A stretch of 64,000 nucleotides of DNA from Azolla caroliniana (Eukaryota; Plantae; Polypodiophyta). Positions 49,294 through 62,320 of this stretch are shown one piece after another. The stretch spans positions 12,400,001 to 12,464,000 of the forward strand of contig JBHGNT010000014.1 of assembly GCA_043228905.1 (NCBI GenBank), read 5' to 3'. The translations under genes were made by a program, and so were the position numbers. How positions within the stretch are numbered: the stretch's first letter is position 1; the number at the start of each line of letters is the position of its first letter. A model generated the notes under the pieces. The model had not been told where the DNA came from. It saw nothing but the letters and a program-made list of their open reading frames with translations, and did not search any database.

Positions 49294-50616
49294 CTAGTTC
49301 ATGCGTGGTGTGTTCGAGAAAATCTCAGCTTTTTCTTTCTCCCCTCTCGGGCATTGCTTTGCAGTTAGCTTGCAGTTAGTCGGTAACACCGAGCCGACCG
49401 GCTTTGCTTTCGACATGTTGAATCTTTCTAGGATCTTAGTCACATATTTCTCTTGTGACAACCACAACACTTTCTTAGTTCTATCTCGAACTATGTGCAT
49501 CCCTAAGATCTGTTTAGCCGGTCCAAGATCTTTTATGGCAAACGATTTGACTAGAGCTTTCTTCAAGCTTCCGATCTTCCTTGTATCTTGACTGACTATC
49601 AACATGTGATATACATATACAAGAGAATTAAGAAGTCACCTTCATCGTACCTTTTGACGAACACACAGTGATCAACCTTTGTTTTTGGAACCTATGTTCC
49701 ACCATGAAGGACTCGAACTTCTTGTACCACTTGCGTGGAGCTTGTTTCAACCCATACAAGCTTTTCTTCAGTCGACACACCAGGTTCTCTTTTCCTGTCT
49801 CCTCAAAAGCTTCAGGTTGCTGCATGTAAATATCTTCATCCAGCTCCCCATGCAAGAATGTTGTCTTGACATCCAACTGTTCGATCTCTAGATCCATACT
49901 GGCAACTATGCTCAGAACAGTTCTAATGGATGTCATCTTCATGACTGGAGTGAATATTTCATCGAAGTCGACACCCTTTTTCTATTGGAACTCCTTCACT
50001 ACTATGCAGGATTTATACCTGGGTGCACAGTTGACTTCTCCGGTCTTCACCTTGTAGACCCATTTATTCCTGAGTTCTCTCTTACCTTTTGGCAGCTCTA
50101 CTAGGTCGTACGTATAATTCTCGTACAAAGAATCCATCTCATCTTGCATTGTGCTCAGCCATTTCTCTCTGTGCTTGTCGGCAATGGCTTCATCATAGCA
50201 CTCTGGCTTACCTTCATCAGTCAAGAGGATGTATTGATTGGCATATGTTGTTGGTGCTCTCCTTTCTCTGAGTGGGTATCTCCTTCCATTCATTGTCGAC
50301 TTCGGTTCAGATGTCTTTGCCGACTCTACTCTTGGCTTCGGTTCATGTATGTCAATCGGCTTCTCAAGGTTGGATGACTCCAACTCATAATTCTCAATCA
50401 ATCTTAACAGCTCTGCCGACTCAGAGTCATAGTTGGTCGGTCTCTCCGAGTCAACCGACTCGGATTCGGCTGTGCCGATTGGCTGTCTCCGAACAACTGG
50501 TTGTGTTGGTTTTGTTACCGTACGAGATGTACGGGTGATTGATAAGTGTGAATGTAAGTGTGAGTGTGGTTGATACAAAGAGGTGTGAGTGAATGACTAG
50601 GTGTGAATGTCGAAGG

Positions 50617-51617
50617 TGACGGGAATTGGACGTTCCTTATGTCCAACACTCGGCCACAACCGAGATTCTTTTCATACACAGAAAAACGGGAAATAAAACA
50701 CGATACAAAGGAGAGGAAGATACACACACACTACACAGGAGGTTTACGTGGAAAACCCCAAACTAGGGGAAAAACCACGGCAGCCCACAGGTTGCAAACT
50801 GTCACTATGTATGAATGTACAAAACAGTGAGTTCTCGGAGGCAACGACCTCGGACTCACGCTCTTCGCCACAGGCGGCGGTTACAACAGAGGCAACGACC
50901 TCTTTCTCTCTCTCTCTCTCTGTACACTATTACGTGCTCTCTCTTCTTCTTGCACCAACAGGAAAAGTAACAACAACTACTGTCACTAAAAGTCTGCCCT
51001 AAGTCATATTTATACTAATATGACTTTTCGGCTATTTACAAATGTAGCCTCGATGGGCTCTCAGAAACATATTTACGAATATGTCCCTCTATCCGGTTCA
51101 TACCGGGTCTGTACCATCCGGCTCTCCGTAGCCGGGTACTCCTCATTCGGTTCATACCAGGCCTGCACCATCCGGCTCTCCGTAGCCGGGTACTCCTCAT
51201 CCGGTTCATACCGGGCCTGCACCATCCGGCTCTCCGTAGCCGGGTACTCCTCATCCGGTTCATACCGGGCCTGCACCATCCGGCTCTCCGTAGCCGGGTA
51301 CTCCTCATCCGGTTCATACCAGGCCTGCAACATCCGGCTCTCCGTAGTCGGGTACTCCTCATCCGGTTCATACCGGGCCTGCACCATCCGGCTCTCCGTA
51401 GCCGGGTACTCCTCATCCGGTTCATACTGGGCCTGCAACATCCGGCTCTCCGTAGCCGAGTACTCCTCATCCGGTTCATACCGGGCCTGCACCATCCGGC
51501 TCTCCGTAGCCGGGGTCTTCCTCATACGGTTTCGGCCTCGACTGATAGGCCTCGGCCGAGTTTGTTCATCGTCACTGATCTTCTCCCTTCCCATCCGGAG
51601 GGACCTGTCTCCCAACA
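50617..51617 (-). mobile_element. Solo Copia LTR with expanded 54-bp array
   Basis: TGACGGGAA...GTCTCCCAACA, perfect TSD GAAGG; sister of LTR 46620-47196. Confidence 0.93.
51091..51530. repeat. 54-bp tandem repeat, 8 units
   Basis: ATCCGGTTCATACCGGGCCTGCACCATCCGGCTCTCCGTAGCCGGGTACTCCTC repeated from 51091. Confidence 0.97.
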
Positions 51618-53441
51618 GAAGGGGGCTTGCACCCTTGTGTATCTACCTCTTTGTACCTATTTAACCCCTTATGGGGAATGAATGAACAAGGAGCATTTCT
51701 CTCTCAATCTCTCCCTCTCTCTCCCTTACATTGAACCCCCTTGGGAGGGGGGTAGAGCCATTTTAGGCACCCCCCCCCCCCCCCCCCCACCCCTCAATGC
51801 TTGTCTTGTTCTTCATGATCTCTCTCACCATTATACTCTCCATCATTTTCACTATTACACCATTACCATTACCATTCATCCTCATCCTCTACCCCAACCC
51901 TAAAAACCATTAACAGGTTCACTTGGCCTCAAGTCGATTGTAGTGGAGGTTGATTGGTTAGTCAATTCTGAGCTCTGTTACTTCCAGTCCTCTATGGTCT
52001 TGTCTTCCAAGAAGACTACGTCCCGACTCCTAACTACCTTCTTGTCAACTAGGTCCCATAGCCTATAGACAAAATCATCTTCCGCGTATCCCGTGAATAT
52101 GCACGGTTTCGACTTACTGTTGAGCTTTGACCTCTGATCCTTAGCTACATGCATGTACACTAGGCATCCGAACACCCTCAGATGTTGGTAGGAGATATCC
52201 TTTCCTGTCCACACCGTTTGTGGGGCATCACCTTTCAATGGTATTGAGGGGGACCTATTGATCAAATAAACAACCATGTACATTGCCTCAACCCAGTATA
52301 TATTCGGCAGTTTAGCATGCGACAACATGCTCCTTATTCTCTCCATGATTGTTCAATTCATCCTCTCTGCAAGCCCGTTCAACTCAGGGGTCTTTGGTAT
52401 TGTATATTCGATTCGAATACCTTGGGCCTTCCAGTATTCCTCGAACTTCCCTTTATATTCGCCACCATTGTCAGTTCAGACAACCTTCAACTTTCGACCT
52501 GACTGCCGTTCAGCTCTTGCCTGGAACTCCTTGAAAAATGTTAGTACTTGATCTTTTGACTTTAGTACGAAAGCCCACAACTTCCGGTTGTAGTCCTCGA
52601 TTAAAGTCACAAAGTACTGTCCATCTCGATGCGATAGAGCATCTACATAGCACACATCAGTGTGTACCAGTTCCAGTACAACTTCTCTTCTTCTTGGTGG
52701 CCGTGTGTGGAATGTTGCTCTATTTTGCTTTCCGACTAAGCAGTCGACACACTTCTCCAGGTGCACTCCATTTATTTCTGGTAGAAGCTTCTGGTCGGCC
52801 AACAAATGCAGTCCCTTCTCGGTCATGTGGCCAAGCCTCTTATGCCATATCTGTCCTACCGAGTCGGTTGCCACATTCACTTCCGACTTGCACAGTTTGG
52901 CGTTCATCATATACAACATGCCTTCCTTCTGTGCTCAGGCCACTATAAGATTTCCTCGGTAGAACTTCCACTTGCCATTACAAAAACTACCATTGTAGCC
53001 TTTGTCGTCCAGTCTTCCAGTTGATATCAGATTCAATCTGATATCTGGGCCGTATCGAACATCCTTCAGAGTTAGTCAACACCCTATCGATGTCGTTAGC
53101 CAGACACTTCTGATTCTGGCTATCTGGCACTCCCCACTGTCACCCATCTTTACATAACCATGATCACTGGCTATGTAAGTTGAGAAATACTCTCTCGACA
53201 GAGTTATGTGGAAGGATACACCAAAGTCGATCACCCAATGCATTCCTTTCTTGCAAGATTTGCACTTGTCTGTTAAAAAATGAGCAAAAGTTCTTCAGGG
53301 CTTGTAGCAATGGCTGAAGTGTACTTTTCTTTAGGAATCTTCTTGGGTTCGACATTATTACCGACACTCTTTTCCTTTTTAAGGTGTCAACAGTCTTTCT
53401 AGAAATGTTCAAGCTTTCCACAATAAAAGCACATGAGCTTT

Positions 53442-55895
53442 TGTAAATGTAAGTGTTTGCGGAAAACGTAAAACAGAGAACAACACACAAGGAGAGAGAG
53501 AGAGCGAGAGAGACAGAGAGAGCAGAACACAATTTCAAAATTATATGAAGACTCTGTACACACACTGTGCTAAGTAGCACTATTTATACAAGTCCTCTTG
53601 GGACTGACAGAAGTACCATGTACTTCAATGCTCACACGAGCATCTGACACTTACTACGAGACTATAGATACCTAGTAGTCTATCCTATTCTAGGCTTCCG
53701 ATTGGAATGCCGGTTACGGATTGCACGTGGCCTCCACTGCTTGCCGGTTCGGTTGCTCACCGTCATACCGATCCGTTTCGCCTGATCTGTCTCGCTTACC
53801 GGCTCCGGCTTATTCAGCCGATCCGGCTCCGGTTGAGCTTGCCGCTCAACACTCCCCCTCAAGCTCAACCTGAGGTGGGGTCGTAGTGTCGACCTCTATG
53901 GCAGTCGGTTCTTTCAACCGACTCCTCCTGGTGTCACTCCGCCTTGCTCGCGCTCCTCGTCCGGTTTGGTCCCGTTTGCCGCGACCCCTTTGGTTCTGTG
54001 TGCCTCGACCCTCTCGGTCAGTATGTCTGCTCAATAGGCCCATCTCAGCAGTCACGTTGCTGTGACTTCGGCGCTTGCCGATCCGTCGGTTCTCCCACGA
54101 TGGCATCGACTTCCGTTGTGTCCGTGTCCCCTTGGCCTTCAGTCGATCCGTCTCATCCGGATCCATCTGTTGATCTGAGTCAGCTGTCTCCGACTCGTTC
54201 CAGCTCTTGTTCGAATCGGTACACCCCGATTCGACTTCCGGCGTCAGGCCTCTCACCACATCGGCCATGCTTCCCTCGGCTTCTTCAGCCGGCGAACCGA
54301 AATCGAATTCTTCATTCGACTTTGTATCATGGTCAGTACCATCGTGATGACCTCCGCACAACATGTGCTTCTCTTCCTGAGTGCACATCTCTTCTTCACA
54401 ACCGCTTCCTCCGACCTGTTCAGATGTGTCGACTTCCTTCGTCGACTCGGCTTCCTTCAGCTTCTTGTCTCCTCTTCTTCCGGCTCTCCTCTTACCGACG
54501 GGTTCAACAGGTTTTTGGCCTTTGCCCGTTTCGGTAGAGACTTTACCCTTGCTTCTCCCCCTCAAGTGCGGCACGTCGAGATGTTGAATACCAAGCATGT
54601 CGGTAAAGTGCTGCAACTTGTCCGATCCGAGTGGCTTGGTGAAGATGTCGGCAATTTTCCGATCCGTATGAACATACCGTAGGTCAACTTCACCGCTCAG
54701 GACCCGCTCACGCACGAAGTGGTAGTGCACCTCGATGTGCTTTGTGCGAGCATGGAACACAGGGTTCCTGGCGAGCTGTAGGCTGCTCATGTTATCGCAG
54801 TAAATCGGGATCGGGGTCGGCACCTCGATCCGCAAGTCTCGCAGCAGTCGCCGAAGCCAGATGGCTTCACAAGTGGCAACGGTAGCGGCCCGGTACTTAG
54901 CCTCAGTGCTTGACAAAGCCATTGTGGGCTGCTTCTTGCTGCTCCATGCAACGACCGTGCTACCTATGGAGAACATGTATCCGGAAGTGGAGCGGCGATC
55001 AGACGCATCGCCGGCCCAGTCAACATCTGTGTAACTGGCAAGATCTTCGGGTATACTTCGCCGGTATAGCAGTCCCCGGTCCTTAGTGCCGCTGACATAC
55101 CGTAATATTCTTTGCGCGCACTGAAGGTGCTCCACGGTCGGCTTCTGCATGAACTGACTCACCATGCCGACCGGATAGCTGATGTTGGGTCGGGTGATGG
55201 TTAAGTAGATCAGGCTTCCGACAACCTGTCGGAACCGTTTCTCATTGCAGGCCGGTCCGGAGTTGGGACGGAGCTTCTGGTTCCGATCCAAGGGTGTGGA
55301 GACAGGTCGGCAATTCGACATGCCGAACTTATACAACATATTCAACACGTAATGTCGTTGTGAGAGCAATATGCCATCGGGGGTCCGGATCACTTCGATC
55401 CCAAGAAAATAATGAAGGTCCCCCAGGTCCTTCATTTCGAATGCGTCCGACAACTGGGACTTGACGCGGTTGATTTTGGGAAGACCCAATCCGGTGATGA
55501 CTAAATCATCCACATACAAGAGTATACATACCGGACCGTCAGAGCCTTGCCGGATGAACAACGAAGAGTCTGACTTAGAGACAGCAAACCCCAGCTTACG
55601 CAACCAGTGCGTGATCTTCGCGTTCCAGGCTCGGGGGGCTTGCTTCAAGCCGTAAAGCGACTTCTTCAGTCGGCATACCGCCGACTTGTTCATCTCCAAG
55701 TGAAATCCGGGGGGCTGAGTCATAAAGACTTCTTCTTCAAGCTCTCCTTGAAGGAAGGCGTTCTTCACATCCATCTGGTGAAGATGCCACCCCCTTGCCG
55801 CAGCAACCGCCAGTATCACACGAACCATCGTCATCTTCGCCACAGGAGCGAAGGTCTCATCATAGTCGATTCCGTGGGTCTACGCGTATCCCTTC
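53442..55895 (-). mobile_element. Second copy (3' part) of the 10600-16529 Copia family, interrupted in RT by a Gypsy
   Basis: 3' LTR 53442-53851 similar to 10600-11008; ORF 53846-55843 with RT, RNase H and extension; homology breaks at CCTTC|TGTTAC. Confidence 0.95.
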
Positions 55896-56410
55896 TGTTA
55901 CCCGGACCCGGACAGTCAGTTTTACCGAACAGGTGGGAAAGCGTCGAAAAACAGAGTCGGTTCGGATCGACTGTTCGGATCAATGACTCAGCAGGAAAAC
56001 GAAGAGAACTAAGTTAGTTAGATAATTTTGTAAATCTTGTTAGAGAGTAGGAATAGTTCTTGATGAGAAAAGACCTTCGGTATACCTATAAAAGGGAACC
56101 AAAGGCATTGTAAGAAAGGTCGTTTTATTTAGTAATATAAGTTTAAGTTAGGAATATCTTGTACGGATTCTGTGTTTCTCTGTTGTCTATGATCTTAAGT
56201 GCAAGCTTCCTAATTTATAGCTAAATAACGATCACGAGAATTACCGATTAATATAGCAATTCCGTTCGTAAAACACAATTCCTTGTTAGAACGTTGAGTA
56301 GCGACGTTCACTCTTCTGTATCGGGAGTAGTTAGTAATTAGCCGATTAACACAGAAGAATTTTGGCACGCCCGGTTACATCTGCAGTTAAGCAGAGAACA
56401 ATTCGAATGG

Positions 56411-59400
56411 ATGTCGTATGAAGAAGAGGCACCGGTTAGTTGTAAGCGCCCTCGTACAAGGTCAGTTACGAAGGTAGTGCAGCAAGCGTTCATTACGAAA
56501 GAACAGCCGGAATCAAGCACAAAGTGGTCGAAACTCCCTGACTTATCCGATCAATTACCTTCAGACGAAAAACAGACGGAAGAGGTATCGTTTTACGACA
56601 TTTGGGACGATATGCCTTATACTTATTCTAAGTTCCGGGAAGGAACAGATGCAGAAGCACATGTTAGGGATTTCTTAACGACATGGGAGATTAACCATGG
56701 AGCTCAGCGATTGTCGGCAGATGCCGAAGATAAGTCAAAAATCGCTGAGTTTGTCTTATCATTAGACGGATATTCCGCTAATTGGTTTGCGCAGAACGGT
56801 CTTCAAGGATTTCCATCCTTCGAAGTATTAACTAGTAAATTTTTACAATTATTTCATCAACAAATTCCGCAGAAGGATTTGATTGCGCAATTTTATGCGT
56901 TATATCAAGAAAAAAATGAAACAGTATCTCAGTTTGTGATACGATTTCAGAACTTACAGCTTCAGATTTCAAGACCGATTCCGGATAAAGAATTAAAAGA
57001 AGTCTTTCTAGAAGCTGTAAAAGAACCATTAAGGACGACATTGAAAGTGTTCGATTTTCGAAATCAGACTATCGAACAAGTCATTGATAAAGCAATAGAA
57101 ATGGGTCGACCACCGGTCAATGTTCAGAGTATGGACATGTCGGCATTACACCGAACATTACCAACAATGGAGGAGTTACAATTTCGACAAGCAGTGCAAT
57201 GCACCACTTGTTTAAATACGGGGCATTCGGCAATTGACTGTACGTTAAGAACACATTGTACAATATGTCATTCAAAATTACATTCCGTAGAACAATGTGA
57301 ATATAATCTGCTTAAAAAGACTACAGCGTCAGTACGACAAATTTTTGCTGACAATGGTTACCAAAATAACACTAATCTGTTCAATGGTTATCAAAATAAT
57401 AATTTTTCACAAAATCAGCAAAATGTACAACAGAACCCGGTTCTGCAGCCAAATCAGATCTTTTCACAACAAAATTTGCAACCCACTCAAGTGACTCAAG
57501 CATTTCAACCAGGTTTTGCTCAATCCAACCCACCATTCGTACAGAATCCGAATCAATATTTTCAACAAAATAATCAAAGTTTCCAACAAGGTAACCCACC
57601 ATTTCAAGGGTTTCAACAGAACTGTCCGAATGTGCAACCGAATTATACATTTCAACCAAATCCGGCATTTCAACCGGGTAATATGACTTTTCAACATAAT
57701 ACTCAAACTGTTCCACAAAATAATCAAATGTTTCAACAGAGTAATTTTTCGCCAAATCAGGAGTTCGGGATACCACATAATATAGCACAACCAAATGATA
57801 ATACTGAACAATTTAGGCCGAATAGGTATAAAAACAAGAGATTTTACAAACCAAAAGCTACACGTCAATACCAACAAAACTCGAATGGTAATGAAGAGCA
57901 GCAATTTAATAACGGGCAATTTGCACATGGAGAGACCAGTGCAACATTTGTGCCCACTTGTTACATTTGTCGACAACAAGGCCATTATGCTAATCAATGT
58001 CCGGTTAAAGGAAAGGGTCCAGCAGTTAATATGGTAATACCGGAAGTTCAGCAAGTAATGACACGCAGCAAAAGCAAACAATCAGAGTGGGAAATTCAGG
58101 AAGAAGTTCGGAAGGCCGCAAAGGAATGGGTGGATGAAGCAAATCAAAGTAATGTGAATCGAATGTTACAAGATAATAACATCGACCAGGACATCGCTGT
58201 ACAACAGTCATTGGAGAATAAGGAACAGGAAGAAACTTGGAAACTGTTGGCTGATTGTCAAGTGTCATTACCACTTAAGGGCTTACTTAAGTTAGTACCA
58301 AGGTTTACAGAAAAAGTGGCAGCATTAATTACATATAAAGGTTCCGAACAAATAGCAGTACACTACAATCAGCCAAGTAATAACCCTTCGATCATGGATG
58401 AACAGAATCCGTCTATTAAGGTAATACTTTACGGGCAAGAAATCGGAAATGTGATTATAGATGGAGGCTCGGGTGTTAATGTGATTAACAAAACTACATG
58501 TGAAAAACTGGGAATCACGGAATGGGAAGCATGTCCGTTTTGGTTACGAATGGCAGATACAAGTACGGTACGACCGATTGGTTTGCTTCGACAACTGGAT
58601 GTAATAATCGGGGGACACAGTTTTCAGATTTCGGTAGTAATTTTGCAGTTAGAAACACAGGGAGCATACCCCTTGTTATTGGGGAGACCATGGTTAAAGA
58701 CAGCTAATATTAAACAAAATTGGAAACAAAATGTGCTAACATTTAGAAAAGGAAAAAACAAGGTCAGGATTCCGACGCACAACAAAGTGACAACAAGCAA
58801 ACAGAGTTTACCTGTATATGCAGAAGCAGTTAATATGATGGAAGGATTGGACGAGGAAGAAGAAAGTCAGTATTTTGATGATAATCAAAAAATCATCCCT
58901 CTATTTGAGGTAGATATTTTGCAAGCATTAACACCATATGTAGACTCACACGAAGAAGTGCCAATCGATGAGCAAACAATAAAAGAAATACGGATGCAAC
59001 AAGAAGCTACAGAAAAGGAATTGCAGGTATCTCAGAGAGTGCAAGCCTCAGCATTGGAGGAAATTGATTTGGCAGGAGTAGAGGATGCTGAAAGAAAAAC
59101 AATCTTGATTGCCAGAGATTTGATGGAAAATGACAAACGGATATTAACAACATTACTATTACAATATAAAGATGTTTTTGCATGGTCCTTTGACGATATG
59201 AAAGGTCTGGATCCCGCTTTTTGTCAACATCAAATCAATTTGCATAAAGATGCAAAGCCAGTACAACAACGCAGGTACAGGTTGAATCCGAATTATGCTA
59301 TCAAAGTAAAAGAAGAAATCGATAAACTCTTAAAAGTAGGATTTATTCGACCCGTCAAAAAATCAACATGGCTGAGTCCGATAGTAGTCGTCCCGAAAAA

Positions 59401-61898
59401 GAATGGGAAAATTCGTGTATGTGTGGATTACAGAAAATTGAATGCAGCGACAATTACGGATGCGTTTCCATTGCCATTCACAGATGGGATATTAGATGCA
59501 GTAGCGGGACATGAAATTTATAGTTTCTTGGATGGGTTCAGTGGGTACAATCAGGTACGGATGAATCCGGAAGATCAGGAAAAGACAGCTTTCGTCACAG
59601 AATGGGGTGTCTTTGTGGCAGTAGTCATGATGTTCGGTTTAAAAACAGCTCCAGCTACATTTCAGCGGGTAATACAGGAAATATTCGGGCAATATATTCC
59701 AGCTTTCATGCAGGTGTTTTTAGATGATTTTGCAGTTTATAGTCGGAAAGCGGATCATTTTGAACATTTACGGCTATGTTTAGAAAAATGTCGAAAAGGG
59801 CGTCTGAGTTTAAATCCAGCCAAATGCGCATTCGGGGTAATGAGTGGTACATTACTTGGGCATATTGTCAGTCAAGAAGGGATTGCAGTGGACCCAGATA
59901 AAGTTAAAGCAATTATTGAGGCAACACCACCAACAAATGCTAAAGCTCTAAGTAGATTTTTGGGTCAAATTCGGTGGCACAGTAGAATGATGAGATATCT
60001 AGCAGACATTGCTATTCCGTTACACACAGCAGTACACAAAGTTCCTTTTATATGGACAAGTATAGAACAAGACGCGTACGAATGTCTCAAGAAGATGCTG
60101 ACGAACGTACCGGTAGTTCAACCACCGGACTGGAACAAACCATTTCATGTTTTCGTCGATGCGTCGGACATTGCCATAGGCAGTGCTTTAATGCAATTAT
60201 CCGAACCTAACTGGTATAGGCCGGTATACTATGCCAGTAGGAAACTTTCGTCGGCCGAAAGAAACTATTCAACAACCGAAAGAGAAGCTTTGGGAATGAT
60301 ATATAGTGTGAACAAATTTCGACATTACCTTTTGGGTAAGAAATTTACATTTCATGTGGATCATTCGGCTTTACTGTATCTAGTTTCCAAACAAGAATTG
60401 ACAGGCAAGTTGGCCCGATGGACATTATTGCTTCAAGAGTTTGAGTTTGACATTATACATCGACCAGGAGCACAACACGCAATTGCTGACTATCTCAGTC
60501 GGCTTGAGTCTGGAGAAGAAGCGGTTGGGGTTAAAGATGATTTTCCAGATACTCAATTATTTCGAGTGGAGGCCGTAAAAGCACATGAAGTGAATGAGGA
60601 AAAGGAGGATGAATGGATTTCCGAAATGACGATATTTCTATCAACAGGAATTCCGGCCGACCACATGTCGACAGATGAAAGGAAAAGAATTGCAGTACGA
60701 AGTCGGAATTTTTGTTTATTTAATGACATGTTGTATCATAAAGGAGCGGATGGAATATGGCGAAGGGCAGTACGAAAATTTGAAAAATCAGCCATATTAA
60801 CAGAGTCACATTGTGGAATTGCTGGCGGTCATTACGCAGGGGAAGCAACAGCCAGAAAAATATGGAATAACGGGTTATGGTGGCCAACGGTGATGAAAGA
60901 TGCTAACGAATACTGTAAGAAATGCGATTTGTGTCAAAGAATGGGACAACCAACCGAAAAGGATCGAATGCCTTTTCAACCGGTTTTACCTCTTGAGCCA
61001 TTTCAGAAATGGGGCTTAGATTTTGTTGGCCCATTCAAACCAGCAACTGCAAGAACCGGTAATCGATATATCATAATTGCGACTGACTATTGCACAAAAT
61101 GGGTTGAAGCAAAAGCTCTCAGGGACAATACGGCAGCATCCACAGCAAAATTCCTGTATGAGTATATATGGTGTCGATTCGGTTGCCCAATAGAATTGGT
61201 AAGCGATCAAGGCACTCATTTTATTAACAAGTTAATTAACGAATTAACCAATTACTATGCCGTAGTTCATAAGAAAAGTACGCCTTACTATCCCCAAGCT
61301 AATGGATTGGCAGAATCAACAAATAAAACAATTCAAACAATTTTAAAGAAGATAGTGAATGAAAATCGTACTGATTGGGATCAAAAGTTAAATAGTGCAT
61401 TATGGGCATATCGTACTTCGTACAAAACATCCATTAAATCAACACCTTTCCGAATGGCATTCGGACTCGAAGCCGTTATGCCAATCGAATTTCAAATTCC
61501 GACACTTCGTATCCAAGCAACGAATAAGTTAAATGAAAAAGAATCGGAGCAGATACGCAAAGAGGCTTTATTAGTATTAGAAGAAGAACGGATTCAATCA
61601 ATGTCAGCACTAGAACACAAGCAGAGACAAATCAAGGCATTCGTAAACCGACATCGAAGGAAATCGGAAGTGCAATTCGAAATTGGGAAACCGGTATTGG
61701 TATTCCAGACGAGAATGGGACTTATGCCTGGGAAACTCCGGTATAGATGGACAGGTCCAGTATGGATAATTAATAGTAAAAATGGTACGTACCAACTGGG
61801 ATCATTAACCGGAGAGGTTTTACCGAAATGGGTAAATGGATTTCGGCTTAAACCGTATTTGGGAGATATGCCGGTAAATCCGTTTATTCAAACGGAAG

Positions 61899-61903
<5 letters not shown>
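56411..61903 (+). CDS. Intact single-ORF Gag-Pol polyprotein (1830 aa)
   Basis: Gag, three CX2CX4HX4C knuckles, IIDGGSG protease, VCVDYRKLN/FLDDF RT, FVDASD RNase H, GGHY...CDLC, WGLDFVGP integrase, WTGP C-terminus; no chromodomain, no additional RNase H. Confidence 0.97.

Positions 61904-61942
<39 letters not shown>
61902..61942 (+). repeat. Poly(A) run (~41 nt) beginning in the pol stop codon
   Basis: GAG TAA AAAA... read directly. Confidence 0.95.
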
Positions 61943-61944
<2 letters not shown>

Positions 61945-62320
61945 AACTCACTCAATAGTTCTTGTCAAATGTGAATCTTGCCATAAACAGTATGAATCGA
62001 CTATAAATAGAAGGAGGAATTGCATGATTATTAGTAACAAGTACAACCACTACACGTAGAGTGAATACTAATTAATTCCTACATTAATAGTAATTACTAA
62101 TCTTTAAGTCATCATGCATAAATTAATATCTTTAAAACATATTTCTGTATCGTCTGTATCGCCAAAACAACGGAAACGAGTGCAGATATCGAAACAGTCT
62201 GAGCTTCCTTCGTGCCCTAGATCGCCCAAACTCTGTTTTTCTGATTTTCATCGCTACAGAAACTGTGCAGATCTGCAACTGTCATCGACAAGTGATTCAG
62301 AACAAGGAAACACAGAAGTC

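Larger units (their letters stand above)
50513..51915. mobile_element. Solo LTR (TGTTA...TAACA) split by another solo LTR
   Basis: TSD GGTTT/GGTTC; about 400 bp once the nested LTR is removed. Confidence 0.75.
40193..53195 (-). mobile_element. Old host Copia fragmented by four direct insertions
   Basis: 3' LTR 40193-40809 plus PPT; RNase H 42021-42304 and 47197-47580; RT 49294-50512; integrase/protease 51916-53195; pieces rejoin across TSDs. Confidence 0.8.

Noticed and set aside
51020-51664. Repeat-protein ORFs in several frames (YPATESRMVQARYEPDEE etc.)
   Set aside because: By-product of a stop-free 54-bp tandem repeat inside an LTR.
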